Source: Octopus vulgaris
Lineage: Eukaryota
Length of the DNA stretch: 64,000 nucleotides
NCBI GenBank assembly: GCA_951406725.2
Contig: OX597826.1
Span: 41,974,001-42,038,000 of the forward strand
Reading direction: 5' to 3'
Part shown: piece after piece, positions 28,976 through 43,454 of the stretch
Layout of the letters: every line of letters starts with the position of its first letter
Numbering within the stretch: position 1 is the first letter of the stretch
Notes under the pieces: generated by a model
Databases searched by the model: none
The model's input: the letters and a program-made list of their open reading frames with translations, nothing else
Told to the model about the DNA's origin: nothing
Position numbers and translations under genes: made by a program

Positions 28976-29457
28976 TGTGTGTGTGCGTGCGCATTGTATC
29001 AAAAGCACGACAGCGTTCTAGTTTTATTTTCTTTTTAAATTTTCCATATTTTCGTTTGATTTCTTTGTGATTTGCTTCGAAATTAAGCCACTTAAATCCT
29101 TCATTAACGTTTCTCAGGCTCATTTTCTGTACGAAGTGGTGTTAGTGTGCATGATTGCCGCTTAAGAGAATCAGGGTGAGTGCAATTGATACTATCATTA
29201 TCACCGAAATTTGAAATTCGCAGAGTTTACGTAATATCGGGACGGTAAAGAATTGCTTTAATCTTGTTTATTAATAGCGTTTGTTATATGTGTGTATATT
29301 TGCTGTTCAGTGAATATTGCCACATTCTTAAAGTTATATTTTTGGAAGAATTCGGTATACTATAGCTGTAACTTTTTACCAATATTTTCCCCATTTTGTG
29401 CTGTCTTATTGTGTGAGATTTAGTATGTATTGAGATTTCTTCAAGCTTTTAGTGTAT

Positions 29458-29773
29458 AGGCGTAGGAGTGGCTGTGTGGTAAGTAGCTTGCTTACCAATA
29501 ACATGGTTCCGGGTTCAGTCCCACTGCGTGACACCTTGGGCAAATGTCTTCTTCTATAGCCTCGGGCCAACCAAAGCCTTGTGAGTGGATTTGGTAGACG
29601 GAAACTGAAAGAAGCCCGTCGTATATATGTATATATATATATTATATTAAATTAGAGATAAAACCACTATTAGGCAAATCAAACAGTGAAAATCATAAGC
29701 CAATACATAGAAATAAAATTAATTTAAAAATATATAAAAAATATAAAATATAAAATATAAAAATCCAATTAAC

Positions 29774-29832
<59 letters not shown>

Positions 29833-30055
29833 TGTGTGTGTTTGTGTGTCTGTGCTTGCCCCCCTCCCCAACATCGTTTGACAACCGATGCTAGTGTGTT
29901 TACGTCCCCGTAACATAGCGGTTCAGCAAAAGTAACCGATAGAATAAGTACTAGGCTTACAAAGAATAAGTCCTGAGGTCGATTTGCTCGACTAAAGGCG
30001 GTGCTCCAGCATGGCCGCAGTCAAATGACCGAAACAAGTAAAAGAGTAAAAGAGT
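29458..30055 (+). mobile_element. SINE family B with ~130-bp AT-rich insert in its TA tract
   Basis: Insert 29641-29775 starts attaaattagagataaaaccactattaggcaaa, also present at 13888-13920. Confidence 0.85.
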
Positions 30056-30318
30056 ATAAGAACCGCTGTAAAAACCGTCCTAGTGTAGAGTTTTTAAGTC
30101 GGGAATCAGGAAATTTTAAAGACCCTATTAAACTGCAAAGAACTGTTTCGAAAATACAGTTCATCTGTTATCTTTTACTTGCACCAGTCAATTGACTACA
30201 GCCAAGCTCGAGTACTGCCTTGTAAAATTAGACCTGCAATAAATGGTAAAACTACAACACAGTCGTATTTTTATTGCATGTTTGACAAAAAAGCTGGACC
30301 TCGGGTGTGTAGGTGTGT

Positions 30319-30375
<57 letters not shown>

Positions 30376-30526
30376 AGCGGAGGGGATAGTGTTTATATTT
30401 ATGTATACCTGTCTTACTCTCTATCAACATGCATACACACACATAAACACACACACAAATATAGTATATCTTTTTACATGTTTCAATCATTAGACTGCTC
30501 CATGCTGGGTAAAAGGAAAAGTCAGT

Positions 30527-30571
30527 TGGCAGCGATGGGATTCGAACCCGAACCCCAGCCCACACCTCCGA

Positions 30572-30572
<1 letters not shown>
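30527..30572 (-). pseudogene. tRNA-Leu-like 3' fragment (duplicated at 31794-31839)
   Basis: Minus ttcggaggtgtggg...ggttcgaatcccatcgctgcca resembles the variable arm, T arm and acceptor of eukaryotic tRNA-Leu; 5' half missing. Confidence 0.55.
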
Positions 30573-30608
<36 letters not shown>

Positions 30609-30611
<3 letters not shown>

Positions 30612-30634
30612 CGAAGAGCTCCGCTCGAAACGTA
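30609..30634 (+). ncRNA. 5'-truncated minimal hammerhead-like motif (duplicated at 32105-32130)
   Basis: (TA)n-UGACGA-A-GAGC-ucc-GCUC-GAAACGUA; helix I 5' strand missing. Confidence 0.55.
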
Positions 30635-31140
30635 ATAACCTCCTTCTTCCCTTCCTTCCAGGTCCTCGTGTTGTGTTTTTGCTGTTCAGTGAATTTTCAT
30701 GTTTGGATTAACTTTATATGTTCGGTATATATATATAACTCTTTTACTATTTTACCCATTGTTTCAGTCATTTGACTGCGGCCATGTATGTATTGAGCAC
30801 TTCGCCTTTAGTCGAAGAAATGACCCAGGACTTATTTTTGGTAAGTAAGCCTAGTACTTATTCTATCGGTCTGTTTTGCCGAATCGCGTGACGTTACGGG
30901 ACATAAACATACCAGCATCGGTTGTCAAGCGATGTTGGGGGATTTGGTAGACAAACACAAACACACAAGGCTAAAGCAGAAGACACTTGCCCAAAGTGCC
31001 ACGCAGTGGGACTGAACCCGGAACCGTGTGGTTGGTAAGTAAGCTACTTGCCACACAGCCACTCCTAAGCCAATACATAGAAATAAAATTAATTTTAAAA
31101 TATATAAAAAATATAAAATATAAAATATAAAAATCCAATT

Positions 31141-31226
<86 letters not shown>

Positions 31227-31838
31227 CATGTTTGTGTGTCTGTGTTTGTCCCCCCAACATCATTTGACAACCGATGCTGGTGTGTTTACGTCTCCGTAAC
31301 ATAGCGGTTCAGCAAAAGTGACCGATAGAATAAGTACTAGGCTTACAAAGAATAAGTCCTGGGGTCGATTTGCTCGACTAAAGGCAGTGCTCCATCATGG
31401 CCGCAGTCAAATGACCGAAAGATCCTATTAAACTGGAAAGAACTGTTTCGAAAATACATTTCATCTGTTATCTTTTACTTGCACCAGTCAATTGACTACA
31501 GCCATGCTAGAGTACTGCCTTGTAAAATTAGACCTGCAATAAATGGTAAAACTACAACACAGTCGTATTTTTATTGCATGTTTGACAAAAAAGCTGGACC
31601 TCGGGTGTGTAGGTGTGTGAGTGTGTGTGTGTGTGCGCGCAAGCGGAGGGGATAGTGTTTATATTTATGTATACCTGTCTTACTCTCTATCAACATGCAT
31701 ACACACACATAAACACACACACAAATATAGTATATCTTTTTACATGTTTCAATCATTAGACTGCGTCCATGCTGGGTAAAAGGAAAAGTCAGTTGGCAGC
31801 GATGGGATTCGAACCCGAACCCCAGCCCACACCTCCGA

Positions 31839-31876
<38 letters not shown>

Positions 31877-32227
31877 CTTTACTGCCCACAAGGGGCTAAA
31901 CATAGAAGGGACGAACAAGGACAGACAAAGATTACATCGACCCCAGTGCGTAACTGGTACTTAATTTATCGACCCCGAAAGGATGAAAGGCAAAGTCGAC
32001 CTCGGCGGATTTTGAACCCAGAACACTTAACGGCAGACGAAATACGGCTAAGCATTTCGCCCGGCGTGCTAACGTTTCTGCCAGCTCGCCGCCCTATATA
32101 TATATGACGAAGAGCTCCGCTCGAAACGTAAAAACCTCCTTCTTCCCTTCCTTCCAGGTCCTCGTGTTGTGTTTTTTCTTTGAATTTTCATGTTTGGATT
32201 AACTTTATATGTATATATATATATATA

Positions 32228-32781
<554 letters not shown>

Positions 32782-33935
32782 GCGTGCACTAAATCACACA
32801 AATTACACTTACAGCCATAAAACTGTACTCATTGCTGAGTTTTCTCGTATATTTTCATTAATTATATTTTATACATTTTAACGTCAGCCACTTTTCCCTC
32901 AACTGTATCTTTTCTACTGCAAATCTATTCAGACCTATTCATATATATTAGTATCAATTGTGGTGTATACGTTAACGATATCGTTTACAATTGACATCTT
33001 TATTGATTCAAGTAGCTGGGCACATTGATTTACAACTAATACTTAACGTGTTAAACTGTCTGATTTCTCTCTTCCCGGGTAACCCTCAATAGGAAACCAT
33101 GTACTCCGTATCTTGAGTCGTGCCTTATTCTACGTACAGGCAGTTAACTGTTGCGTTAACAATAGGAACAAACATTTGTAATATTAATCCTACTTATTTG
33201 AGCCTTAAGTGTATTACATGGTACACTATGTCTTATTAGCTTCAGGTGGCAATGTCTTTGTGTCAGCTAATACAATTGTGTGTGCATAAGAGTGCAGTGC
33301 AGTGTCATGTTCGAATTTAACAATGGAATAAATTCTGGGGAAGAGTGAAGTAAAGTAAAGTAAAGAGGAATTATTTTTAATCAACTCGGAACGATGAAAT
33401 ATAAAATTGTTCTCGGTAGGACTTGAACTCAAAACCTAACTATATACTGCGACGTATTTTGCTTGCTTCTCTATCCCCTCCACTCCTATTTAATGTATAA
33501 ATAAACGCATATGTACATACATACATACAAACCTATATAATACATAGATACATACAACATACATGCTTAATAGACACATACATACATAGATATGTGTTTA
33601 CATGTGTGTGTATGTGTATGTGCATGTGTGTGAGTATATACATATATATGTACATGCGAATATATTCATATACATGCGTACATGCATACACATACATACA
33701 TACACACAATATTTGGAATAATTTGGCGAAATGCGTTTTTTTTTTTAATATTCTATTTTTGCTTGCAATAGCCGGTTCTTTTGGTGAAACTGTCGTATCT
33801 CGAGCTGCTTCAGATGCCAAGATACCAAAAATTGTCAACGTTTTATTATGAAATGGTGAAACTATTATTTCGTTTTCTGAAAAAGTAACGTTTTGGTCTT
33901 ACGACACTTTTGCATAATAGCAACTATGTATGTAT

Positions 33936-33981
<46 letters not shown>

Positions 33982-34135
33982 TTCAGAAAATCTTCAATAG
34001 AGATCCTTCCGGTCTTTTGTTCAGCGTCACGTAAGTATCTTGTTAAGGTTATTTTTTCAGATTTTCTTTAGAAATCATAGCCAGCACTGATTTTGTTACA
34101 ACGTTTCGTATCCGAGTACACATAATATAAACAAC

Positions 34136-34582
34136 GAGTGCCGGTGTAGTATGTGATCTACAAAAAATGTTTCTGGTATAGCTTGTGATCTACAAAAAAT
34201 GTTTCTGGTATAGCTTGTGATCTACATTAGTTCAAATGGTATAGTTCGTGATCTACACCGACTTTTTGATCTACATTTAAAATTCATCTATTTACTCGAC
34301 TTCCGGTTGGTTTGGTATATAAACCAAAACAACTTTTATGATTTAAACACTTTTAGCCCTGAGCCCATTAAAATGAATCATGATGAGAGCAAAAGAACTT
34401 TACACACAGGTTTTTCAAGATGAAGAGGCTGCAATAGAATTTCTCTGACGTTATGAACTCTGTGATGAACATGGAGATATTGATCCACCTCTAATTATGA
34501 TTACTAATTTTGAATGTAAATCACAAGTCAGTCTAGATTTAAGTTGCTGTAGATCACAATGGCATGCAGATCACCGGCACCC
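34136..34582. mobile_element. MITE-like element with subterminal gtgatctaca repeats
   Basis: Short TIR gagtgccggtg / caccggcaccc; gtgatctaca repeated on the left, tgtagatcac on the right; possible 3-bp TSD aac; empty paralogous site near 34925. Confidence 0.65.
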
Positions 34583-35199
34583 AACAATGCGATCGAAGAT
34601 GGAAAATGGGTTATGGGCATGTATAACATATTTAAGGAGTTTTTGCTCCTTCCTCAGCACCCATCCAACCTATTAACCCCTCATGCACCCATTGCTTAAA
34701 CAGTCATTAAATATAGCGATACCAGTTTTATATTTTCAACCATTTCTGGCAGCTGATACGTAAATATTAATGCAACTATAATATACTACAAAATATATTA
34801 TATGTTTTTCTAAGCCAATACCATGTTCTACTGTGTTAGCAGTGCAATTAAATCATTTGTTAAGGATATCTCTACAAACTATAGCCAAAACTGATTTCGT
34901 TACGACATTTCGTATCCGAGTACGTAAACGGCAATGAGACTGAAAATGAAAAATAGGCCAATTGGTGTGCATGCAATAATTCAGGAGTATTTGTTCCTCA
35001 CTCAGTACACATCCAATCCATTAACTATCCACGAATTCATTGCTTAAATAGCCACTAAATATAGCGGTGTAACATATAGTTGATTTAGTAGACATGTTGA
35101 CTTGAGCTGCAGAAGATGACAACTCTTCCATATGAGCTCATATCCAAGTTAATTTTGGTTTCATGTTGAATATAGTATAGAACATATTCATCTGCCATT

Positions 35200-36740
35200 G
35201 TTATATCCCAGAACTGTTTGAACTGAGATACAACAACTTGTCTTTAATTGGTAATGATACTGGGCGGTAATGCCACGAAAAGATTTCTTGTTCCGAAAGT
35301 TACTCACAATATAATCTCCAGTGGAGTGTACATAAACAGTCCTTTTAGTAGTTGATATTAAGCGAAGATTATTGTCTTAAACTATACACTAATCCTCAGA
35401 AATCCATAGGTTTACAGCAATGTCAAAGATATGAACTGATGAAATCATCTCCTTCATCAAATTACTCACTATCTCACGTTGGAAAAGGTATTACTGCAGA
35501 TGTCTACACAGCATTCCGAACAACAGCTGAGATCCTCGCAGACTGGGTACTGCAAACGAATAACATCAAAAACAATATCTTCCAGAGAAGTCCATTATTC
35601 TATCTTCTATTTGTAAGTGCTTTGATCCCTCACACTCATATATTACAAAGACGAACTGAAAGTAATATCAAGCCAATCACGTTGAGGGAATTAAACATCA
35701 AAGATTTCAAAGTTTCTCCAAATGTGGGAAGACAACGATTCTTTCCCATCTTCTTTTAGAATTCTTATTATTCATCCTGGGATGTAATATTTGGTATTGA
35801 CAAATACAAAGTGTTTATAAGGAATTAAAGAAATGTAGTTAAATCTGAAGGAATTAGCTTTCGAAATACCTCTGGTGGAAAAAAGATATAAATATTTGGG
35901 TATGCGGAAAACTATCGAAGTGAAGCCGAAGAAATAGAAGAATGAAGTTATAAAATATGTCAATGAAGATGAAGTTTCTAGAAGCAAAATCAAATAGAAT
36001 CATTAAAGTTATTGACACCGGAAAAATAACAATATTTTGATATTCTGCAGTCATTTTTTTTTTCAGTAGACGATATATTAAAGGAATGGAATTAACAGAT
36101 GCATTGTATACAATGCATGATGAATTGCATCCACAAAACAAGCTCGATAGATTTTATATATATCAAAGAAAGAAAGAGACAAAAAACAACCAAATGTAAT
36201 AGACACAGTTTACTTTTTGGCAATTATAAGTACAAAGAAGTATGTCAATAAAATGAAAGAAAGTATATATCTGCAACTAAACAGATGAAAGTTTAAGAAC
36301 ACAGAGAGACAGGAAAGGATTAGAAAGAAAATAGAAAACACAGGATGGAAATGTGTAATGAAAAGAAAGAAATGTTAGATGGGGAGTTTCTTAGGTAAAT
36401 AGACATAGAATTAGGGGAACTAGTTTTGGGTGGAAGATGAAAGACTAATAAGAGAAGCAGAAATCTTGATTATGGTTGTGCAACAACAGAGGAGTGCAAC
36501 AAAACTCGTTAAACTAAAAATACCGTCCCCCATCAAAAGAAAAAAAAAATTCGTGGTGTCAGTAATGGGACCAGGAAGAACTATCAAAGACGTGGTGTCT
36601 GTATCAGGGAAGATAACAAGTAAGGAACATAAAAGACAATATTGCAGATGTAAATAAAGGGTGTGAATATTTATCGGTAATAACACGCAAACAGCTGTTC
36701 GATAAAGTGTAAAAGACTGAATTTGTCGACTCAAAAAGGA
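35200..36740 (+). mobile_element. Heavily decayed non-LTR retrotransposon (R4/Dong-like RT region)
   Basis: Peptide remnants such as LHPQNKLDRFYISKKE and LIREAEILIMVVQQQRSATK; many stops; boundaries approximate. Confidence 0.5.
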
Positions 36741-37464
36741 ATTTGTTGAAAACTGACATACATTATTTTGTACGAATTCTTCAAAAAAAAAAAATAGTTA
36801 AATGATGATTTCTCAATAAATTGCTGGGTATTGACTTGAGTGTTGACTTTGCTCTAAATCTCAAGAGATGACTCAGTTGACAAGATTCAACGCGAAACTT
36901 TACTATAACAATTACAATGCTTTCTTTGCAAACAAATGTTTAACGATTCATTTTGGGAGAGGAAGGAAGTAACGAGATTTTGTTCAGAACTTAAATGACA
37001 TTTATTTTGACGACCATGGAGGAATAAAAGGCTAAGAAGAAATTTATTTTGAAGGTTCATTTCGAAGAATGCGCTCACCTTCATATGTCAACATCAAAAC
37101 AAATATATTGCAGAGAATTTTATCCTACTCGCGTCTGAGTATATTGTATTCGTATAGAAAATTTCTCTGATCACTTTCGAAAGTTTTGGGAGGTTCTTAA
37201 GCAATGCTTTAAATTTCCACTTTAAATAGAATTCTCCTCTGCTCGAAACCGCACTTCGTCATTCAAGCGTCGACTATCTATTCCCATTGTACTGGTAGTT
37301 TTCTTCTCTTTATCTTTGTTTTCTTTTCTCTTCTTTATCTTTTTATGACTCTCTATTCTTTCCTTCTTTTCGAACTCCAACGTATAAATCTATTTCTGTC
37401 TGCTATCTTTGGTTTCATAATTTTACGTCCCAACCTCCATCACACTTACACACACACATACACA

Positions 37465-37510
<46 letters not shown>

Positions 37511-37682
37511 CACACTACGCACACACGCACACACAAACAGGGAATAGAGGCCGCTCTGAGATATTTCTCTTAGCTTACTTTGTTTCAACTATGCAAATTA
37601 CTCTAGACCATAATTTAAAATAAAAAAATTATTGCAAATATCAAAATCATGTCTCTATTTGATTTCAAGGTAGGTCGGTGAC

Positions 37683-37722
37683 TGGGCTGATGACGCCTAT
37701 AGAGATAGAAACATTGTACTTA
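37683..37722 (+). ncRNA. Degenerate hammerhead-like motif
   Basis: UGGG-CUGAUGA-[weak helix II]-GAAA-CA-u-UG-UA-CUUA. Confidence 0.4.
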
Positions 37723-37917
37723 AGTTTCAATAAAAGATAAAAACAACACACGGTATTTTCCTTAAAGCCATGTGAATTCATTTGAATTTTTGATTCCTTA
37801 TGTTATCTCTTCTCATTGAGAGTGGCATGCCATTGCCCCTTGGCGTTTGTGTACTTTCTCTTCAAACAAAAATAATTCAAGAATTTATCTTGTACAGTAT
37901 TTAGTATGCATTTATTA

Positions 37918-37952
<35 letters not shown>

Positions 37953-38335
37953 AAGTATGTGCGTCTATGAATGAGTGTTTGTGTATATAAATATATAAAC
38001 ACATAAACATATATATATGTATACACACACACACACACATGTATATATATTGTGTGTGGTCGTGGAGATGGTCATGGTAGTAATGAAGTGGTATTGATGG
38101 TTTTAGAAGGGGTGATGGTCACGGTGGTTGTGGTGACATTGTTGGCTATAGTGGGTTGTGATATTGGCAGTGATGGTGATGGTGGTGGTTGATATGTAGG
38201 AAGTGGTGATGATGTTGCTATTGCCATTGTTATTTGGATATTTGTCTCCATCCTATTTCCTTCCGCTTTGTTGAGTGTCTTCATCCGATACACCAGATAC
38301 GTCTGCAAACACATCACACTGATGTTGCTGTTGCT

Positions 38336-38950
38336 CTTCTTCTTCTTCTTCTTCTTCTTCTTTTCCTTCTTCTTCTTCTTCTTCTTCCTTCTTCTTCTTT
38401 CCTTCTTCTTCTTCTTCTTCTTCTTCCTTCTTTCTTCTTCTTGTTTCTTCTCCATCCTTTTTCTTCTTCTTCTTCTTCTTCTTCTTCTTCTTCTTCTTCT
38501 TCTTCTTCTTCCTTCTCCTTCTTCTTCTTCTTCTTCTTCGTCTCCTTCTTTCTTCTTCTTCTTCTTCTTCTTCTTCTTCTTCTTCGTCTCCTTCTCCTTC
38601 TCCTTCTTCTTCGTCTCCTTCTCCTTCTTCTTCTTCTTCTTCTTCTTCTTCTTCTTCGTCTCCTTCTTCTTCTTTTCCTTCTTCTTCTCCTTCTCCTCCT
38701 TCTTCTTCTTCTTCTTCTTCTTCTTCTCCTTCTCCTTCTTCTTCTTCTCCTTCTCCTTCTTCTTCTTCTTCTTCTTCTTCTTCTTCTTCTTCTTCTTCTT
38801 CTTCTTCTTCTTCTTCGTCTTCTTCTTCTTCTTCTTCTTCTTCTTCCTTCGTCTTCTTCTTCTTCTTCTTCTTCTTCTTCTTCTTCTTCTTCTTCTTCTT
38901 CTTCTTCTTCGTCTCCTTCTTCTTCTTCGTCTCCTTCGTCTTCTTCTCCA
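38336..38950. repeat. (TTC)n pyrimidine tract with CTC/GTC variants
   Basis: Read directly; gives spurious poly-L/S/F/E/K ORFs. Confidence 0.97.
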
Positions 38951-39120
38951 GCTCCATCACATGATTATTTTCAAACATGCCTCCATTTTCTTTTGTTGTT
39001 TCCATCTCATTTTAACACCATTTGTTGCTTTCTTTTAGCCAAACAATGATTAAAGTGGGAAAAGATTTATCGATTTCTATTCATTTACTTACTTATTTCA
39101 TTTCCATACATTTTTCTGCT

Positions 39121-39132
39121 TTATTATTATTA

Positions 39133-39223
<91 letters not shown>

Positions 39224-39240
39224 CATCATTATTATTATTA

Positions 39241-39297
<57 letters not shown>

Positions 39298-39317
39298 TGT
39301 TGTTGCTGTTTTTATTG

Positions 39318-39363
<46 letters not shown>

Positions 39364-39376
39364 CATTATTATCATT
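39121..39376. repeat. (TTA)n microsatellite
   Basis: Read directly. Confidence 0.97.
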
Positions 39377-39646
39377 GTTCATTTATTTATTTTTTTTGTT
39401 CCTCCTTGTCTTAAAACATTTAGCTTTGTATATACAATCACAGAGAAAGGAAAACGTTGCCCAGTGATAGCCAATTGTGATAGCCAAAACGTACTAAAGT
39501 AAGTAAATAGACGAAATACGTGATTTGACTGTGGACGTTAAAAGGAGTGGGTGGAAAGTGAAGCGGGAAAAATCAAAAGAAAAAAATAACAAGAAACGGA
39601 TTCAGAAGAGAAGAGCCTGAGGAACAGTATTTTATTTTAATGAAAC

Positions 39647-39647
<1 letters not shown>

Positions 39648-39677
<30 letters not shown>

Positions 39678-40060
39678 CATACATACATACAAGCATACAT
39701 ACATACATACATACATACATACATACAATACATGCATGCATGTATGCATGCATGCATGCATACATACATACATACATACACACATACATACATACATACA
39801 TACATACATACATACATACATACATACATACATGCATACATACATACATACATACATACATGCATACATGCATACATACATACATACATGCATGCATACA
39901 TACATACATACATGCATACATACATACATACATACATACATACACACATACACACACATACATACATACACACACATACATACATACACACATACATACA
40001 TACATACATACATATATACATACATAGACAAACATACATGTACATACACACACACACATA
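39648..40060. repeat. (CATA)n microsatellite
   Basis: Read directly. Confidence 0.97.
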
Positions 40061-40383
40061 TGGACATATCTTTCGTTTATCTTTTTGTCTTTTTCTGTTT
40101 CACTCATTACACTGCGGCCATACTGGGACCCTGCTCTGAAGATTTTCAACTGAAAATATCAACCTCAGTACTTATTATAGTTTTAAGGCTTGTTACTTAT
40201 TTTATCGGATCCTATTCCGAAGCGCTATGTCACGAGGAATGTAAGCACACCAACACCGGTTGTTAAGCAATGGTGTGGAACAAACATAAATACACACACA
40301 CACACACGCACACATACACACGAATACACAAAGAATAATTTGATAGTCACTTTGATATATCGATTTAAGCTCTTATAAGACAT

Positions 40384-40750
40384 ACTCTTTTACTTGTTTC
40401 AGTCATTTGACTGCGGCCATGCTGGATCACCGCCTTTAGTCGAGCGAATCGACCCCAGGACTTATCCTGTGGATGCCTAGTACTTATTCTATCGGTATCT
40501 TTTCCCGAACCACTAAGTTACAGGGACATAAACACACCACCATCGGTTGTCAAGCGATGTTGGGGTGAGGACAAACACAAACACACAAACATATAAACGC
40601 ACATAAATATACATGTATATATACACATATATACTACGGGCTTCTTTCAGTTTCCGTCTACCAAATCCACTCACAAGACTTTGGTCGGCCCGAGGCTATA
40701 GTAGAAGACACTTGTCCAAGGAGCCACGCAGTGGGAATGAACCCGGAACC
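40384..40750 (-). mobile_element. SINE family B, head truncated
   Basis: Reverse complement of family B; abuts a LINE fragment. Confidence 0.85.
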
Positions 40751-41162
40751 ATAACAGAGCATAGCAAACCGGATCTAGTAGTGGTGGATAAGGTGCACCA
40801 CATATGCTATATAGCTGATGTTGCATGCCCTTTTGATCTACGCATAGTCAAGAAGGAAGGCGAAAAGATAGATTGATACGTCCCTCCTAAGTTCGAAATA
40901 GCCCGGCTATGGAATATGAAGAAGGTGAAGATAGTTCCAGTTATTGTTTGGTCCTTGGAAACAGTATCAAAAGGCATCTAGGGGAATATAAAGGAAATTG
41001 GAATAGTGGGCCCAGTAAAACTGTCACAAAAGGTTTGCCACCTTGGCACGGCCAGAATAATCAGGTAAGTATAATGTAGCTGAAAAGAGCGAATATCAGG
41101 TAGTAAGCCCGCTATGCATGCAAGACTGAAGGAGCTCCAACAAAACCTGTGATAAAGAGAAA
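40751..41162 (+). mobile_element. R4/Dong-like LINE 3' fragment 1 (restriction-like endonuclease)
   Basis: HSKPDLVVVDK..CYIADVACPFD (PD..D motif), KFEIARLWNMKKVKIVPVIV; ends in (TAA)n. Confidence 0.8.
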
Positions 41163-41177
41163 ATAATAATAATAATA

Positions 41178-41239
<62 letters not shown>

Positions 41240-41826
41240 TAGAACTTCAGCGTTCAAACTGACACAAAGATAGATGTAAAATGGCCAGACGTATCTATCA
41301 AGACCTACCAAAAACTGGGCAAGTATAAAGATCATGAAATAGAAATTGGCAAAAATGTGGAACCTTAAGACTAAAACAATACCTGCTGCCATAGGTGCCC
41401 AAGGAATGTTAACAAAAGGAGCTAATTGCTACATAACACAGATACTAGGAAATCCAAAAAATAGAAGAAATTCAAAAAATACTGCTCATGGGATCTGTCC
41501 ATATCCTACGTAAAATATTGTCTATGTAATCCTCAAAATATTTTAATCCGTAAGCAGTGTCATAATACTTTTTAACGTACATAGCAACAAACACCTTTTC
41601 CTGTCATCTTAACATCAGACTATTATCTTATAATCAAATTACTTTTAAAACAAACTTCTTATTTATTTATGTTTTGACAGACATTCTCTAGAACAATGCT
41701 TAGTGCAAAACCAAATATACGCCACACTAGTCATAACAGTAACTTGAACTTCTAACTTGTCTCCTAAGGTCTCCTGGGTGAGACCTGGAGTCAACTTGTA
41801 CAAATACAAAGCAAAAGCCAAGCATA
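41240..41826 (+). mobile_element. R4/Dong-like LINE 3' fragment 2
   Basis: KYKDHEIEIGK / MWNLKTKTIPAAIGAQG / EIQKILLMGSVHILRKIL; flanked by (TAA)n. Confidence 0.75.
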
Positions 41827-41840
41827 TAATAATAATAATG

Positions 41841-41905
<65 letters not shown>

Positions 41906-41906
<1 letters not shown>

Positions 41907-42190
41907 GGTTAGCTTGGGAGGTTGAGTAGTTGTGGTCGAGGAAAAAAGTGGTTGTAGTACCAATAATTGTCGGAGCCCTGGGAACAGTGAGTAAAAATCT
42001 TGGGAAGTACATGGAACAAACAAGGGTTGCAGTAAGGGTAGAGCACTTGCAGAAAACAACACTGCTTGGAACCGCTTGAATACTCCGAATGGTGCCCAAA
42101 AAACAAAGGGTGTTACCTTAGTTCACTGGCTGTGAACAACTGGCACCGTAGTACATCTCCAGCGATAGAAGCTGTGCAAAGACAATACAT

Positions 42191-42192
<2 letters not shown>
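41906..42192 (+). mobile_element. R4/Dong-like LINE 3' fragment 3
   Basis: KKVVVVPIIVGALGTVSKNL..EHLQKTTLLGTA*ILRMV; flanked by (TAA)n. Confidence 0.8.
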
Positions 42193-42288
<96 letters not shown>

Positions 42289-42510
42289 TAATAATAATAA
42301 TAATACAAATAATAATAATAATATATGTATATAATTCCAAGAGGGTTAGAGGTTGTGAATCCAACTAACTAAGAGATAACATCTATCCAATATACTGCTG
42401 GTAGAATACCCAATTATTAATACATGAGTGTTTTTTCATTGCATGGTAATTACACTACTGAATGTAATAAATGGGTGAGGGTAAAAAGTTGTTTTACCCT
42501 TAATTTATAC

Positions 42511-42979
42511 AGCAATAAGAAAATGGAGGGGACCAAGAGGTGGTATTCATCAACTTTTAGACATTATATTACGTTTATTTATTTATTTAAAAAAGCAATT
42601 ATAACAATATTCATACATGTATAACATATTATGCTTTACATATATAATATATAAAATATAAAAATACCAGTAATTATTAAAATATATAACGTAGAGCAAA
42701 GAAATATTTCAGTTCACCGAAGGGATGGAAGTAAAGTGGGGTACTATGAACTCTTGACTGAAACAGCTGTAAGATACTATTCTACTTCCTATGCTCTACG
42801 TTATATATTTTAATAATTACTGGTATTTTTATATTTTATATATTATATATGTAAAGCATAACATGCAATACATGTATGTATATTGTTATAACTGTTGTCT
42901 TTTAAATAAATAAGTAGACATATTATAATGTCTAAAAGTTGATGAATACCACCTCTTAATCCCCTCCATTTTCTTATTG

Positions 42980-42981
<2 letters not shown>
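42511..42981. repeat. Long inverted repeat (~190-bp arms, ~93-bp spacer) ending at (TA)n
   Basis: 42511-42698 is the imperfect reverse complement of 42792-42981; spacer holds GAAACAGCTGTA (hammerhead 3' half). Confidence 0.9.
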
Positions 42982-43056
<75 letters not shown>

Positions 43057-43177
43057 TAGAATAAGTACTAGGCTTCCAAAGAAAATGTCCTGGGGTCGAT
43101 TTGCTCGACTAAAGGTGGTGCTCCAGTATGGCCACAGTCAAATGACTGAAACAAGTAAAAGAGTAGAAGAGTATAAG

Positions 43178-43300
43178 TTGGACGGCAAGTTTGGAGAAGC
43201 CTGTCGGAAAGACTGTATCTGTAATTCAAATGTCTCGACTTGTCACACTAATTCGGCCCTGGAAATTGCGATAGGGGTACTGATGGTTACGGAATACTCA
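43178..43300 (+). pseudogene. Degenerate EGF-like (MEGF/laminin-EGF type) exon remnant
   Basis: DGKFGEACRKDCICNSNVSTCH, then frameshifted GPGNCDRGTDGY; 5' side abuts a SINE B tail (43050-43172). Confidence 0.45.
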
Positions 43301-43412
43301 ACCGGTTATATGTTGAATTTAATTAATAGGCATTTCAATTTAGAAAATAACTTTATATGCGTCGAAGAAAACGAAAGAGGATCCATCATATGCATACACA
43401 CATGCACGTGTG

Positions 43413-43454
<42 letters not shown>

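Noticed and set aside
38234-39049. 250-270 aa poly-L/S/F/E/K ORFs
   Set aside because: Artefacts of the (TTC)n tract.
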